Made by a program: the position numbers and the translations under genes
The notes under the pieces: generated by a model
The model's database searches: none
Seen by the model: only the letters and a program-made list of their open reading frames with translations
Told to the model about the DNA's origin: nothing
Shown here: one piece after another, positions 1 to 12,540 of the stretch
How positions within the stretch are numbered: the first letter of the stretch is position 1
Layout: every line of letters begins with the position of its first letter
From: Leucoraja ocellata
Taxonomy: Eukaryota
Direction of reading: 5' to 3'
Length of the DNA: 64,000 nt
NCBI GenBank assembly: GCA_036785375.1
Contig: JAWMAR010000245.1
Span: forward strand, 310,001-374,000

Positions 1-269
1 GAAACAGGCCATTCGGCCCACCGAATCCGCACCGACCCGCGATCCCTGCACACTAACACTATTCTACACACACTAGGGACAATTTATATTTATACCAAGC
101 CAATTGACTTACAAACCTGTATGTCTTTGGCATGTGGGAGGAAAGTGAAGAACTCGGAGAGAACCCACGCAGTCATTGGGAGATCGTACAGACTCCGTAC
201 AGTCAGGATTGAACCCTGGTCTCCGGCGCTGTAAGGCAGCAACTCTACCGCTGCGCCACTGTGCCACCC
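1..269 (-). mobile_element. HE1-like tRNA-derived V-SINE (tail cut by the window edge)
   Basis: Minus strand reads GGTGGCACAGTGGCGCAGCGGTAGAG (A box) ... GGTTCAATCC (B box), then a V-domain-like TGCGTGGGTT...TTTCCTCCCACA.CCAAAGAC and a CR1-like tail GGGCCGAATGGCCTGTTTC. Confidence 0.85.
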
Positions 270-334
270 TAATTGAACTTTATTTATTTTCAACATCTGC
301 ATTTATTTTATTTTTGTCCCAATTTTAAGCCCTA

Positions 335-690
335 ATTCAGTGGTGATATCCACATCCCTCAGTCTGAAAGTCAAGATCCATCCAGAAACCAAAGCACATG
401 ATATAACTGTAGTTACAAAAATGTATTTCACGTGGGACACTCGACTGAGCTCTACAGCACTTCTAAGAAGAGAAGAAAACTGTTCCTGATGTCCTAGACA
501 ACATTTATCCCTCTCCCAATACAGCAAAACGGTATGCCTGTAATTACCATGTAGCCCTTTAGAAAACTCAGCTGCATTTGCCTATAAAAGAGCAGTGATT
601 ACACTTTGGAATTACTTTGTTGGCTGCAAAATGCTTTGGAACATCTTGAGGTCATGAAAGGTGCGATATAGTGCCTGGAATCTTTCTCTT
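335..690 (+). mobile_element. Decayed Deu-domain SINE (SacSINE1/AmnSINE-like)
   Basis: gaagagaag...tgtcctagacaacatttatccctc...gtgattacactt...ttggctgcaaaatgctttggaacatcttgaggtcatgaaaggtgcgatata resembles the recalled Deu-SINE body and tail. Confidence 0.6.
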
Positions 691-718
691 GTTTAACACT
701 GAACAGGTTGTTCATGAT

Positions 719-875
719 AGTAGACAAAGATGCTGTAGAAATTGAGCCGGTGAGGCAGCATCTATGGAGTGAAGGAATATTCCTTCGCTCCATTGATGCT
801 ACCTCACCCGCTGAGTTTCTCCAGCATTTTTGTCTACCTTCGATTTTTCCAGCATCTGAAGTTCTTTCTTAAACA
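719..875. mobile_element. PLE-derived palindromic insertion
   Basis: Inverted arms centred near 779 (gaaggaat|attccttc). Flanking direct repeat aacaggttgttcatgat at 702-718 and 872-888. Confidence 0.85.
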
Positions 876-1330
876 GGTTGTTCATGATGGTGGTGAGAAT
901 ATGAAATATAAATCTCAAAATCGGGAATAATCAGAAATAAAACCCAGACATGAATGTAAGATGTCAAAGAGTGCAGAAAGTAGATCCATCTGCTTCAAAT
1001 CATTGCACTTACGCTATTTTGAAATAATAGTGATTTTCTTATCCTGCTGCCTTGATTTTATGGTCCTTGTGTTGTTGTTGTGAGTTTCAGATTCTTTCTT
1101 ATTTGTTTGTATGATTTAGTTGTCAGTAACTCATTATTTTGTGTTCATTTTTATTTTTTCTTTCTCTGGCTGCACTGTAGATATGTCCCTCCAGCTCCTC
1201 TGCTTATCTTGGTGATCATCGTTGTGGTGGCAGTGGCTTCTGCTTGTTCTGGTGGTAATGGCCGTATTTGCAATGACAACACACAATGGCTGATGTTTAA
1301 TAGGCTGCCCCCTGTGCTTTCTTCCCACAG

Positions 1331-1522
1331 ATCGTCCAGTCACTATTAGAACTGAACCAGAATCGCAGTAAACTGAAGCTGTACATAGGACACCTCATGG
1401 CTTTGTGTCAGGACCGTGACTCACAGATTCTTCAAGGATTGACACCACCTCCAGCGTATGGTGGCATTGATAACAACAGGGCAATGTGGGAGGAAGCACT
1501 GCAGAAGATGTCCTCAGAGCAG
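1331..1522 (+). CDS. ERC1: ERC/ELKS (ELKS/RAB6-interacting/CAST family), penultimate coding exon of the long non-IWA isoform, 64 codons, phase 0-0
   Basis: Acceptor cttcccacAG (1329-1330) and donor GTatga (1523). Translates IVQSLLELNQNRSKLKLYIGHLMALCQDRDSQILQGLTPPPAYGGIDNNRAMWEEALQKMSSEQ, closely matching the recalled human ERC1 segment IIQPLLELDQNRSKLKLYIGHLTTLCHDRD...WENELQKMTRGQ. ERC1 versus ERC2 is assigned by similarity from memory. Confidence 0.88.
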
Positions 1523-4220
1523 GTATGAGAAAAGTATGGATAGTTATTGGTCAAATGTGATTTTCTTTCTTTTGCAATGCAGACAGTTCAGTGAAATTTG
1601 CCACACTCCTCTTGTACACCCACTCTCTGATGTGTTGTCAAGTCTCTTCCCACAGCTGTCAAAATAGTCTAATCATTCAAAACCTTTTGAACTAATAACC
1701 CCATGAGTTCACAATTTATAGCAAATTCATTTCTGCTGCGTGAAGACTTTATTGGAGCGACATTTATCATTCGAAGGTTATAGCTACATTATTCATATTG
1801 TATAGAAAGTCCTAGTGTGTTTTTTTCCTTGTATCAAAGATGTATCAATGTTGTAATGTCACAATAATTAACTTACCTTTTCATTTCCAAGGCCTGGTAA
1901 GGACTTTCTAGCAGGGGAAAGAAAGGTGTGAATCAAGTTGAGATGTTCAGGTATATATTGTTGGTTTCCTGAGGGCAGAATGGTGTTTTGCATCAGAGAT
2001 TCTTAAAGAAAACTGGAAATCTCCATGTAATACATTTGCTGGACCTGGTTGTCATAGAAATGTGAATGGAATGGTGGGGGACAAAATGAAATGTGATCAC
2101 CAATAATAGTCAGATGTATTGAAAAGAGGATTTCTTTGACTTTGCTGTTATTTTACCGACGTGTACAAACAAAAGGGCGAAGAATAATCCAGGAGAGTAT
2201 GTACAATATCTCAAAGATTTTAATTCAACTCAATAAAATCTAAGGGGAAAGAACGTTACTTTGTTCAAGCAATTGAAATGGTGTCAAAGGGAGAACTTTC
2301 TGCCTTATTTCCACAAAACAGGAAGGTTTACCACTGCAATAAAAGGCTTCATTATATTTGCTAACTAATTTTAATCTTTCTTAACATACCCAACAAATGA
2401 TCCGCTAATAAGGTGTTGTTATATTGGGTTGTCATTATCCAGCAATTTACTAAATGTTTTAACTTCTTAGTTTTTAATGTTCTGCAGGATTATTTATTAA
2501 GACAGTCAGACAAACGAGAATATAGGATTTTTTGCATAAATGGTGAGGTTTCGTATTTTTTAATGTAGCCTATAATTGCACCTTATTTTTAATGAAATTA
2601 AAATTGACCATGGTGCAGTATTTATGTTATCAAAGTGAGGGCTGTGAATGATGCAAATAGAATTACAATTTCAGACAGCCACTCAAACATTCCCGAGTCC
2701 AGTGTTCCCCAGCTGAATGTGGGATCCAGTTCCCTCTGCCTTGCCCCAATAATATGTTTTGAGCCATAGCTCAGAAAGACTCTGAAACAACACTAATATG
2801 GGTAAGAGATTTAAAACTATTATCTACATCAGTCATCCTGTGGCCTCAGTTGATTTGCCAATTTAATATAAACTAGCAGCTGTTTTGTACTTGAATTGGA
2901 GGCACACTAGAATTAGGAAACTAAGCAAAATACTTTGTATGGAACCAATAGAATTTACAGAGTAAACTTTTAGTCATCCATCTAGAATGTGTTGAACGTG
3001 GGACCAAGAGGTGAATCCAGTGCATGTTCACTCAAACACGCATTTAACTTCACATTATATTTGCAATATATTGCAAAATTTCAGGTTCTTTCCTCTCCCG
3101 ATGCTTTCAATATGATGCTCTAGTTAATAAAGATATTGTGCCTTTCGTTCACCTATATAAAGTGAATTTAAAATAAGGGAATAAAATACAATTCAGTGGC
3201 ATCTGAAATTCTGTAAATGCCTCATTTTTGTTATCAGTAGCTACACTGGGAGACATCAAGCACTTCTTACTGAAAGAGCCACATTGGATTGTTACCAGAC
3301 ACTCTCAGTAGAGTGCACTTTGATGGCAGAGGAGCTAATAGATCGTAGCTTAGATCTATCAAATCGTAGATAAAGCAACGTAAAAGCTTATGTACTTACT
3401 CTACATGAAAGGTTTTGTGGTTAAGAACAGTTATTGTCTTGTGCTCCTTGTAGCGATGTAATCTACTTATTATAAATGTACAAAATTATTATTATCCAAA
3501 AATATTGTGTGTAACCATCATGAGAACTCACGGAAACCACAACTGAAAATGTGTGTTGGTCTCGCTAGCCTCTGCAGCATAGTAAATGGCACAAGCCTTT
3601 GAATGCTCCAATAATTGAAGCCGACCTACACATTCTTCCCATGATTTATCACAAGACAGAAGGTATTCCACACAGCAGTCACAGCACAGCAAATATTAAC
3701 TAACAAGAAATTAGTTTTCACCTCAGAGGTTAGCAGTCAGCTTGGTGAAATGTCTGCTGTCGGTGGAAATTTCCATTTATGAACAAAGACAACAAACCTA
3801 GTTGATAAAAATGTTGATGAAATGATATCAACCGGCATCCTATCGAATCCATCTTTAATTGCTGTGACTCTGTACAAGGCTTTGGTTATAAATCGTAAGT
3901 GTCTTCGTGCACTGAGCCTTTCCAGGGATAAAAAATGTTCACTGATACACGGGCCAGTGCTTGAAGTCATACTCATTTATCTTGTGAATGTGTTTCCAAA
4001 ACTGTGTCAATTTGAGGGCAGCAACAAAATGTCAGAATGTGCAGATGTATTTTCAGTAGCATCTTCAGTATCAGTGGCAGATTGTGATGCAGTGTAATTA
4101 ATGGTGCAATGTAATATTCCCTTGGCTCCTGTGACATGATATACAAATTCCACTGCTGACTGATGAATCATAAACCCGACCAACAAATAGTGCCAAGCAT
4201 TGTTACAACAATTGAGAAGT

Positions 4221-4308
4221 GAAGAAAAAGTGCTGGAGGAACTCAGCTAGTCAGGCAGCATCTCTGGAGGACATGGATAGGTGGCATTTCGGATTGGGAC
4301 CCTGCTTC
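4221..4308 (-). mobile_element. PLE-derived single-arm insertion ending in the decayed hammerhead motif
   Basis: aaagtgctggaggaactcagc...gggaccctgcttca, flanked by attgagaagt at 4211-4220 and 4309-4318. Confidence 0.7.
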
Positions 4309-5284
4309 ATTGAGAAGTAAAATTACATTTGTTAGTATTGTGACTCCAGCATATTTCAGTTGTGATTTAATTTGGGATTAAGAGCATTTTGAAGGAGTCC
4401 TGATTTGAGCAGAATAACAAGTAGCTGATCCTCCCCGAATCTTTGCTTTGTATGTGTTTCACTGATCCACTTCCATTCACACTGCAGATTTGCATCAGGT
4501 TTTGTGTCAGTAATTTTTCTGTTCTGAGATAAACATTCCAATGAATCTTGGGTATCAAGAAGATATCTTGCCAGCCTTTAATCTTGAGTGAAATGTCCCA
4601 GTATTGGCGGAAAAATCCCTAGATTGAAGGACACCTTGCTTCTAGACAATCAAAACCCATTCACTATTTGATGCAGGAAGTAATCTTCAGGTGGTTGACT
4701 TTGAGTTTATTCAATCCTGTGGGAATTAATGGATCGCTCCAACTGCAAATGGGAAATCGCCATTGGCAGTAAATCAGTCTTCCACCATCTGAGCAGCTGC
4801 CTTTTGTGTGAGTGGCATCCGTAGATTACATCATTGTACAGAAATGGACGGAGGGAAATTTAAATAATCTAAGGTTTTTTTTTATCATGTTTTTTTTTTT
4901 AATTGCTCATAAGTCTTAACACTATACTTGCTGTTTTATTAATAACTGCACTGCACTTGCCTTCTGAAACCCAGAAGTTTATCTCTTCTGCCTTTCATCC
5001 AACTGGGGCAAAATCCTGAGGTTTCCATTGTCGAGAGTCATCACTAACAGATCAATATTACTGTAAGAAAACACACTCCATCTCTTCAGGAACAAAGAAT
5101 GAGCAGAAACTGCTGCCTTACTAGTATACCCATGTCTTGAGAAATAAAGAAAGATCTCACTTGATCAATGTTTGAGACACTTTACAATGGAATGGGCACA
5201 GCATAAGATGATGAGTTTGATCATTTGCCAGTTTCATCCTTTGTCAGTCAGATGCAAGATTTTGGATGGGTGAAGGGTCGGAAT

Positions 5285-5450
5285 CATTTAGGTTTAGGCT
5301 TGTTATTGTCACGCGTACCAAGGTCACGTGTACAAAGTGAAAAGCATTGTTTTGCATGCTATCCAATAAAATCAGATAATATACAAAAATGCAACAAGTC
5401 AAACTTAAGTTCAATAGGTAGAGCAAGCGGAAAGATACAGAGTGCAGAAT
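5285..5450 (-). mobile_element. 3' tail of a non-LTR retroelement (related copy at about 44565-44760)
   Basis: Short tandem tail (tttagg)n next to ttattgtcac..gtacc.aggt..agtgaaaagc. A similar sequence recurs at 44565. Family not assigned. Confidence 0.45.
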
Positions 5451-7597
5451 AGAGGGATAACATCACGTTAGATATGGTTTGGAATGTTGCTTCTGGTAAT
5501 TCACTGAGAGAACTGCAAGAGATTTTCAGATGATCCCATCATCTTTTTAATTATGCAGGGGAAAAACTAGATAGTCTAAGAAAAACTATGGGAGAGTAAT
5601 GGGCAAAAATATAACTAAAACCCAAAGAGATTATCTGTGAAGTTCTGACCGAGACAGATGTGTGTGCTTACCCATATCTATGCAAGTGCAGAGGGTTAAG
5701 TAAGATGTAAAACCTCCAGAGTAATAGGTAATTGACTTTGTCAGCTGCCTGGCATGGAACACATGGGAATCATTAATACAAGTGCACAGAAGGAGAAGCT
5801 ATTTGGCTGCAGAAGGTTAAGTTTAACAGGAAGCGACCATCCACTAACATTTTTACAGGGCACTTGGCTCTTGTAAATGTCCTAGATTTATAAGAAACGG
5901 TCTCACATTTAAAACAAAATATTGAAGCAGTCATCTATCAGTCAAAGAAAATAATTTTCTGTAATGAAACAATTTGGGTGTTATTTATTTGTCCATTGGT
6001 CCCACGTGTAAAGAATTCATTTTTGCATCTTTGGAATTCGAAGTTTAAATTCAATGCGGAGAATGACAAAAAATATCAAAAGTATCAAATGTTTATAATG
6101 CAAGGAAAATAATAAATCAGTTTCACAGGATGTTCATACTTTTCTAGAAGAACTTTTTTAAAGTTTTGTTGTATTCTTTGAGACTATTTTCACCTGGCCA
6201 TTCTTTCACAATGAGACACACATTTGCTGACTTCACTGTATAACAGTGGATACCAGAAATGAGAAATAAGCTTATGGTTGGATTTTTCTTTAATGCAGAA
6301 ATACCTGACCCAGTCTTGAGAGCTGTAATATGTTTTGATTATTTGCTGGTTTCAGTGTAACAGTGTGTGTGTGTCCTTGCCTGCGTACATCTGTTTATTT
6401 GTTTATTTTGAAAGCAGTTCCTTTGAGAAGTCAGCTTGTTCCAAGTAACATAAGCTGACCTTCTGGAAGGATAGTCTATAATAAAATGCCAAAAACACAA
6501 ATTGTTATCAGTCTGATTTGAGAGGAAGTTTTGAGTAGGATCCAAACGAATATCGTTCTAAGATATTAATTGATTTCTTAAATAAACAGAAGACAGTTTT
6601 AAGACGGACCACACAGTTTGTTAGCCACAAGATATCGTTCTGTAAAGCTTTTTTTTAATGAGTTATTACAAGCATGCCAAGTAGCAGAAGTGGTGAATGA
6701 GATTGGTAGACACAGGTTGGGTTAAAAGGCATGTAAATAAGTAAATAAACCCATAGAACTGGTTGGTATTTGAGAGTACTGTGGAAAGCTAGGCAATAGA
6801 TTTATGAGGCAATGAAATCAATTCAATGGATACACTAGACACCAGCAGATTAGAAACAGGCTAATGTGATTCCTATCTTTAAAAAGGGTGATAAAAATAC
6901 ATGGGCAGCAACAGACCAATTAGTCTGCAATCATATTTCAAATTATACAGACATAGAATTTTACAAAATCACAAAGAGCTTATTCACTGCATTCTGACTG
7001 ACCAAACGAAAGGCCATCCAGCACAATCCCAGCTCCAAGCCTGGATATAGCCTTGTACATTAGGGCATTTCACATTAATGTCCAAATCCTCTACCCCCTT
7101 CCAGGCAATTAGATTCGGATCACTAATAGCCTGCGGGAGAACTTCCCATACCTGATCATTATAATCTTGGAATGCTGGGTTCTCTGTTGTGGGATATGGA
7201 TCCTTCTTGCACTCTCTGGACCCCCCCCTTATTTTTAAATTCACCAACTAAATATGCCCTCGGGTATCTCTGTTCCAGTGGAAACAACTTCAAACTACCC
7301 ACTCTTCTTATAATTGAGAAACGGCTTTCAACATCCTAGTAAATCTCCTTAGTATTTCTGCAAAGCCATCCTGTCTGTCATGTGGAGAGCACCAAATGAT
7401 TGCTGTACCTTAGTTGTCAGTTTTCTTGTGATTATGCAGTTACAGCATAACCACCCTTGTCTTACACTTTATGTCTGAACTAATAAAGTATCCTGTACAA
7501 CCTTAATCAGTTTATAAAATCTTAAGAAATATCTAGGTGTGGGCCACATGGCCATTCAACTAGAACTGCTATTTAAGTAGAGTCAAACTTCATACTC

Positions 7598-8020
7598 GTA
7601 CTCGCTAGAATTTAGAAGATTGAGGGGGGATCTTATAGAAACTTACAAAATTCTTAAGTGGTTGGACAGGCTAGATGCAGAAAGATTGTTCCCAATGTTG
7701 GGGAAGTCCAGACCAAGGATGCACAGTTTAAGGATAAGGGGGAAATCTTTTAGGATCGAGATGAGAAAAACATTTTTCACACAGAGCGTAGTGAATCTCT
7801 GGAATTTTCTGCCACAGAAGGTAGTTGAGGCCAGTTCATTGGCTATATTTAAGAGGGAGTTAGATGTGGCCCTTGTGGCTAAAGGGATCAGGGGGTATGG
7901 AGAGAAGGCAGGTACAGGATACTGAGTTGGATGATCAGCCATGATCATATTGAATGGCGGTGCAGGCTCGAATGGCCAAATGGCCTACTCCTGCACCTAT
8001 TTGCTATGTTTCTATGTTTC
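7598..8020 (+). mobile_element. CR1-clade LINE 3' fragment (end of ORF2 plus 3' UTR)
   Basis: Encodes RGDLIETYKIL..LDRLDA.RLFP...FFTQ.VVNLWN.LPQKVVEA, the typical CR1 ORF2 C-terminus, and ends in the (tatgtttc)n tail. Confidence 0.92.
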
Positions 8021-8389
8021 ATAATTTTTCCTATGGTTTTTGTTTACCCTGATTCTTCTGCGTTCCAGGTATCTATGGATATATTGAATGACAGTGCATC
8101 CATTGCTCTCTAGATAGAGAATTCCAGCAACCCCTTAGCTGTTAAGTAAAGAAACTCCTCATTGCATAACTACATATTCATCTATATATTGTGAGACAGT
8201 CCGAACTCCCAGCCGAAGGAAACAAACACTCAGCACGCATCCTGTCAAATCTCTTCAGAATCTAATCTTATTCGCTCTTATTATTTTCAACTCAATATCC
8301 AACTTCCTATTTCCTTATCGTAAGATCTTCCATCATTTCCTTTCTTGCTTCTATGAAATACATTTCATCCAGGTGTGAAATTGTGCGTA

Positions 8390-8578
8390 AAGCACAAACT
8401 CACAGGTCGGACAAGCATCTGTGGAGAAAATGGACAGGCGACGTTTTGGTTGAATAACGGTCCTGACCCGAAATGTCATCTGTCCATTGCCTCCAAGATG
8501 CATTTTTGACCCGATGAGCACCTCCAGCACTTTGTGTTATGCTCAAGATTCCAGCATCTGTAATACATTATTTCTCCT
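8390..8578. mobile_element. Older PLE-derived palindromic insertion
   Basis: gcatctgtggag..ggacaggcgacgtttt / gacccgaaatgtcatctgtcc...ccagcactttgtg..gattccagcatctg, diverged inverted arms. Confidence 0.65.
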
Positions 8579-8699
8579 GGTGATGTATCTACTTTTTAAC
8601 CCCAATAATATCCCCTTATTATATTCTCCCTAATTAAATTTAAGTCATTCAATACTTCAAAATCCCCCTCCTTAATTACAGTATCAGTATTGCCCCCAT

Positions 8700-9400
8700 A
8701 GTTTGTGAAGATAGACACAACTACTCATGATGAATCATGCCCAAAACTTCCACCTGACAACACAGATTATATTTCAGCCTCTAAGAGGCCCAGTCTTTCT
8801 TTAACTTTGCTCTTACTCTTCATATACTTCTGAAAGAAAAAAGGATTTCCTTTATTTTCACATTTCAATGCTTTCATGCCCTCTTGTTGCTTTCCCAGTG
8901 TCCTCCTGCACTCTCACTGCACCTCTAATCTTTCTGCAGTATATTTAGATCTTGCTATCTGATATAAGTTCCCTTTTTTTTCCCCTAACTGTCCCTGCAC
9001 GCACTTTGACATTCGGGGGTTCTCAAATTGGGAATCCCATTTATTTTTAGGGAACCTATTTGCTCTGAACCCTCACTGTCACCTTGAATGCCTCACAGTG
9101 CTCTGGCATTAATTTACCTTCCAGCAGCTGTTTCCAATTTTCGTTTGCTAAATTATATCTCAGCCAAGTAAAGCTTCCCTTCCCCCAATTCCGAACTTTA
9201 CCCTGATCTATCTTTGGACCTTTCTGTGACCATGCTAAATTTAGCAAATATAATTACCAACACCAAAATGCTGTCCCAGTTACCCCTTCCACTGCTCAAG
9301 TTCATTCTCGAAAACCTGTCCTGAACTTCCCCCACTCATGTTGGTCTCATAACATACATGCTGATACAGTCCCCATGAATTAATTGCCATGCAAACCTTT
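8700..9400 (-). mobile_element. Decayed CR1 ORF2 internal remnant
   Basis: The minus-strand ORF 9056-9247 (NWGKGSF...LANENWKQLLEGK...EAFK) resembles the CR1 endonuclease-RT linker. Heavily degraded. Confidence 0.5.
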
Positions 9401-9709
9401 TAAACTGATTTTATACCAGTTAATGTGGAATGGTGTCCATATATTTGCCCTCTACAGGGTCTATAAAAACATACCCGCATATTATGATAATGGAGTTACA
9501 CTCATTTCTGTTCCCTTGTGGGATCCTTCCAGTGAGTGATCTCTTACACGACTTTATAAGCAATGCTATTGACCACCCACCCCCCTCTTTTTTTTGTTTT
9601 CCCTACCTCGGACTGAATAACTTATACTAGTAATATTGATCTGCCATCCACATCCTTTATGCTGTGTGGCAATACCTGCTACATTCTCAAATTTCCCATT
9701 GTATAGCTG

Positions 9710-10013
9710 TGTCAGAGTGAGGCCCAGCGCAAATTGGAGGAACAGCACCTCATACGTTGACTTCTCTAACTTCAGGTTGCCCTTGCTTTCTATCTCCATC
9801 CCCTCCCCCTTCCCAGTTCTCCAACTAGTCTTACTGTCTCCGCCTATATTCTTTCCTTGTCCCGCCCCCTCCCCTGACATCAGTCTGAAGAAGGGTCTTG
9901 ACTCAAGACGTCGCCAATTCCTTCTCTCCATAGATGTTGCCTCACCCGCTGAGTGACTCTAGCATTTTGTGTCTACCTTCGATTTACGAGCATCTGCAGT
10001 CCTTTCTTAAGCA
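9710..10013 (+). mobile_element. Penelope-like element 3' end: GIY-YIG C-terminal remnant, pyrimidine-rich spacer, hammerhead motif and terminal repeat
   Basis: 9710 onward encodes CQSEAQRKLEEQHLI then (after a deletion) VDFSNFR, the recalled C-terminus of vertebrate PLE ORFs. It is followed by CTGAAGA at 9885-9891 and the same gatgctgcc...cccgctgagt...ccagcattttgtgtctacc arm found in the short palindromes. Confidence 0.8.
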
Positions 10014-10435
10014 TGTCACCTCATCTGCCTTATTCTCACCATGACTTGCATTCATGTACACACTATTAAACATTGCCAACCTCTTCTCTGTCTATTTTCT
10101 GGTCTCTGTTTCCTCTGTCTTACAAACTTGTTCACCGTTTGTCCGTCTGCCATTTCTAGTTTTTTACCTCAGCCTTCCACATGTACAATCTGTTTCTCAC
10201 TCCCTTGACAAGCTGGTTTTAACTCTTGCCAGGAACCCAAGCAGAAATCCTCATCATTCACTTTATTTGTACAATCCATTTGGCTTTCAAAGGTCCCTCA
10301 TCCCCCAAAGAAGTCTCAGTGCTGGTGTGATCTGAAGGACTTTGTGCATCATCTTTAACCACTTGATTGCCTCCTTTTACTGTTGATACAATGTTATGGC
10401 ACTGGAGGTTTCTGGTAATGACAAACATTGAGCCC

Positions 10436-10528
10436 TGTTTAAGAAGGAACTGCAGATGCTGGAAAATTGAAGGTAGACAAAAATGCTGGAATCCTCACCC
10501 GCTGAGTTTCTCCAGCATTTTTGTCTAA
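10436..10528. mobile_element. Collapsed PLE-derived palindromic insertion
   Basis: tgtttaagaaggaactgcagatgctgg...agacaaaaatgctgga / tccagcatttttgtcta, flanked on both sides by aacattgag(c/a)cctg. Confidence 0.8.
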
Positions 10529-10719
10529 CATTGAGACCTGCATTGATTCCTCTTCTCCTGAGATCCCTCAAATCTTCCTCACTCCTTTTTCCATCCATGT
10601 CATTGCTACTGATTTTGGACCGCAACTGTGTCTCCTCCTACAAGTGACCAGCTCTTGCGAAACCTTACAGAGCAGATGGAGGGGTGGTGAATGGTGCCAC
10701 AGCCTCAAAAGAAGAGGAG

Positions 10720-11525
10720 AGATTTTGTAATCAGTGGGTGGTGAATTTTTGGAAATCTATTCCGAATAGAGTTGTGGAGAATGAATCACGAATGCATTCA
10801 AGACAGAAATAATGGATTTAGAGCATGTTAAGGGCATCGAGATATGGGATTAGCGAAGGAAAATGGGACTGCGGTAAAAAATTAGCCCAGATTTTATTCC
10901 ATAGGAGAGGAGGCACAAAAGGCTCAATGGTCCTGCTCCCGAGAATAGTGGTAGAGTCATACAGTACAAACACAAGCCCCCTGGCCCAACTTGTCCATGA
11001 CAACCAAGATGCCCCAGATAAATTAGTCCCATTTGTCGCATTTGGCCCATATCCCTCTGAAACTTTCCTGTCTGTGTCCCTGCCCAAATGTCTATTAAAT
11101 GTTGTTATTTACCTGCCTCAATCACCATTTCTGGCAGCATGCTCCATATACCCACCACTCTAGAGAGTTGTCAATCTGTGGAATTCCCTGCCTCAGTAGG
11201 CAGTGGAGGCCAATTCTCCGAATGCATTCAAGTGAGAGTTAGATATAGCTCTTAAAGATAGCAGAGTCAAAGGATATGGGGAGCAGGCAGGAACAGGGTA
11301 CTGATTGTGGATGATCAGCCATGATCACATTGAATAGTGGTGCTAGCTCGAAGGGCCGAATGGCCTACTCCTGCACCTATTGTCCATTGTCTAAGTGGAA
11401 AAAGTTGCCCCTCAGATTCCCATTACATCTTTCCCCCTCTCACCTTAAACTTATGTCCTTAAACATCCCCTCTCACCTTAAACTCATGTCCTCTGGTTCT
11501 TGATTCCTCTAACTTGGGTCAAGGA
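10720..11525. mobile_element. Cluster of CR1 3' fragments: + copy (about 10720-10940), and a - copy (about 10955-11525) interrupted by a + copy (about 11162-11393)
   Basis: CR1 hallmarks gtgaatctgtggaattc, gggtactgattgtggatgatcagccatgatc and gggccgaatggcctactcctg. The minus copy resumes at gtggaaaaagttgcccctcag. Confidence 0.75.
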
Positions 11526-12149
11526 CTCTGGAATTCTTTCTTATATTGATATTATTTAATGCTCAAAATGGCTTGCAGCTGCTCAGTGAAAATCTACTTT
11601 GTCACCTGGAGGCAACATTCCATCCTGAAATCTTGTAGCTGTAAAAGTAGCTCTCACCTTTGAATTCCCATTGTTGTTGCTTCCCGCGTGCACCCTCCTT
11701 TCCCACTTCCCCCCCTCTCCACCGCACCCACCCCACCACGTCTAATCCCAGCATCGCCGATCTCTGTGCAGCTGTACCGCCCACGGCACATGAATGAGCA
11801 GTTGTCTTTTACTGAGAAATCATCATCCTAAGCAGATTCTTATCCAAACATTGTCTAGATGTTGAAATACACTCTACTAGATGATTCATGGGGATTTATT
11901 TTAGGTTTAGAAATTTACATTGGCATGTACTTTCAGAATTAATGTCGCGCAGTCATCGGTTTATTCTTGCAACAATCCAATCTTCCTGCTGAGCAGAGGC
12001 ATTTCATTTCCAATGTAGTTTCGGAAAGGGAAACCTACCTTGTCCTTTCATCTGGAGATGGACAACGTACAAACTCCAGCACCTGTGGTCAGGATCGAAT
12101 CCTGGTCTCTGGCGCTGTAAGGCAGCAACTGTACTACCCTCTAACTCTA

Positions 12150-12540
12150 CCTTGAGGTCTTTGTTTTCAACCTGCTAGCTAACTCCCTGAATTATCTTTG
12201 CACGACCTCATCTGTCTTCCTAGCCATGACCTCTGGCAGCTCATGTTCCCCTTACATAATGTCATGTGCCCGCTCCGAGAAGCAACACACCTTCCTGGAG
12301 TCTCACTCGTGGCCACAGGACCACCTGTCTCTGTCTCTGACTACAGAGTCTCCCATCACTAGTGCTGACGTTGTATTTGGCCTACCCAGCTTGACGCCAG
12401 AGCCAGGCATGTTGCCAGTGATCCGGCTGCTGCTATTTTCCTCTGAGAATCCATCCCCCAATAGGATCTAAACTGGAGTGCTTGTTTGAGAGGGAGATAG
12501 CAGTCACCCAACAACCTGTGATGTGACCACTCCCGGAAAC
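12150..12540 (-). mobile_element. CR1 ORF1 (esterase region) remnant
   Basis: Shares motifs with the 20.1-20.6 kb remnant (caccttcctggagtctca...gccacag..ac.cctgtct). Degraded. Confidence 0.5.

Noticed and set aside
195-269. tRNA genes at SINE heads (also about 24030-24096 and 29200-29265)
   Set aside because: A and B boxes are present, but they run into SINE body and LINE-like tail with no complete cloverleaf.
1-1330. ERC IWA-type (PDZ-binding) alternative exon
   Set aside because: No D(E/D)EEGIWA-coding sequence was seen. It is presumably upstream of the window.
7620-7925. 101-aa ORF (also 57214-57408, 57495-57795) as a host gene
   Set aside because: These are CR1 ORF2 C-terminal remnants, 5'-truncated and non-functional.
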